A DNA stretch of 64,000 nt from Octopus vulgaris (Eukaryota): contig OX597815.1 in the NCBI GenBank assembly GCA_951406725.2, positions 133,238,001 to 133,302,000 of the forward strand, in the 5' to 3' direction. This document shows, one piece after another, positions 62,446 to 64,000 of the stretch (position 1 is the first letter of the stretch; every line of letters begins with the position of its first letter). The notes under the pieces were generated by a model. The model ran no database searches. It worked only from the letters and a program-made list of their open reading frames with translations, and was not told the DNA's origin. A program made the translations under genes and the position numbers.

Positions 62446-64000
62446 ACTATTCGGTATTGCTACTGTATATCTCTTGCTCAGTGATTTAAAACAAGTTGTT
62501 TTTCTCTAACATTTTAGTTATTAAGCTGGTATTTGGGATATAAACCAACATGGAATTTTGATGAAAGCTTTTAATTTAGATCGCTTAAATACAGGAGGTT
62601 TATGCCATAGAAATAGAGGCAGTCTCAGATGGATTAATATCAAAGAGAATAAGTTGGTGCTTGAAATATAAATTAAGATGAAATTTTGAAGGAAAGCTTT
62701 GTACAGATAAATAAATGTATGTGTGTATAGATAACCAAACATACATATATTTAAGCATGTATGCATTCTTAAACAGATCTATGCATGTATAGACAGATAG
62801 AAGCCTTTAAGCATATATAGATATATACATATATATACATGTATGTGTGTAGAGATAGAGGCTTGAATGATATTGTAGATGCATGTATGCACACATAGAA
62901 AAACAGTTGTATGCACGTGAAACATATGTGCATATTTATAAATAAATGCATCTGCACATATGTACATGCGTGCAAAGATCTATTTAAGCATACAGGTATT
63001 GCTAGATAGACTTCTGCATATATCCATGTTTGTATGCATGTATAGACAGAAGTACACGTCTCATATTTCCATGCATCAAAGTGTGTATATGTAGATGTAT
63101 GCATAAATGTGTAGATAGATGAATTTGTATGTGTACATAGATGTATAGATAGATGCATGAATGTCTGTATGGACAAGCGTACGTATGCTTGTTTGTATTC
63201 CTGTAGGTACAAATAAATTTATGCATTTACGTATGTAAATAGAAATTTTCAAACGACACCCCTTCGCTTCTAGGGACATAACTTAATACAAAGTTACCTC
63301 CCTTACATTTTTCATTGACTCTGAAACAGAAAAGTTTGGGCTTTTATTATGTTGAAGTGAAATAAAGCCTTGCAACTTTAGATTTGTATGAAGAATCATG
63401 AATAAGTTTATTGAGGAGTGGAGTTTTGACACAGCTCCCATATTTATTTTCCAGTGTTATTCGTCAAGTTCTATAGGACTTCTATAACAGAACGCCTTCA
63501 TGCTATATAAAGTAGTCGTTATTCCGATATTTTAATAAGTTACTTCCCTTTATGTTAATTTGTTTTACATATTTTTTTCAATTCTAGACGTTCACAATCA
63601 TAATCTAATCGCTCTGCTCCAGTCTACTGGCTCTCTGGAATATTCTCACCATCTTAAAACAGGAGACAGATTAAATATTATTATCCATGCTTTGGTTGCA
63701 AGTCACGCAATCCCAGTCAGCAAAAGTAGAGTAGATCTACATCATGAAGTTAAGTGATCAACTCTTTAGGAAGCAATCACAAGTTTTGCACACTTAAAAA
63801 TGTTGCACTTTTGTCTATTCTGCAAGTATTCTTTGCACTCTATCATGCAGCAACGTTGTTTTCATTATTTTAGTTATTGCTGATACTTAACACCAGGTTG
63901 GTACTGATTAAAAAGACCTATAGCCAGAGGCATTAAAGCCAGGCCCATCCCATTATTTTTCAGGAACAGTGTACCTCAGACTACATCATCTCCTGGTTAC

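Noticed and set aside
63560-63757. Plus-strand ORF after an acceptor-like tract, checked as a possible PON exon
   Set aside because: It is on the wrong strand for the PON-like gene, has no recognisable motif, and the minus frames are closed.

Overview
AT-rich, microsatellite-saturated animal genomic DNA. The SINE families and repeat style suggest an octopus or other cephalopod (inference). The window is almost entirely transposon-derived. It holds a decayed Tx1/L1-clade LINE (1-3.7 kb, plus a separate 3' piece inside a GATA microsatellite at 31.2-32.5 kb), a Helitron remnant with its hairpin+CTAG end, one intact R4/Dong-type retrotransposon (1293 aa RT+RLE ORF) and several truncated relatives, all in TAA repeats in the same orientation. 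It also holds three Penelope-like (RT/GIY-YIG) remnants, RTE and mariner/pogo fragments, many tRNA-derived SINEs and two tandem satellites. The only convincing host coding sequence is a terminal paraoxonase-like exon (60653-60820, minus). The most notable hidden signal is a set of type I hammerhead ribozyme folds that the ORF track does not show (8.7, 9.0, 39.4, 46.6, 47.6 and 48.6 kb, plus a degenerate one at 35.5 kb). One lies in a ~440-nt retrozyme-like unit whose direct repeat ends near the predicted cleavage site, two form the inverted ends of a ~1.1-kb element, and one marks the 3' end of a Penelope-like copy. All folds were read by eye and repeat boundaries are approximate.
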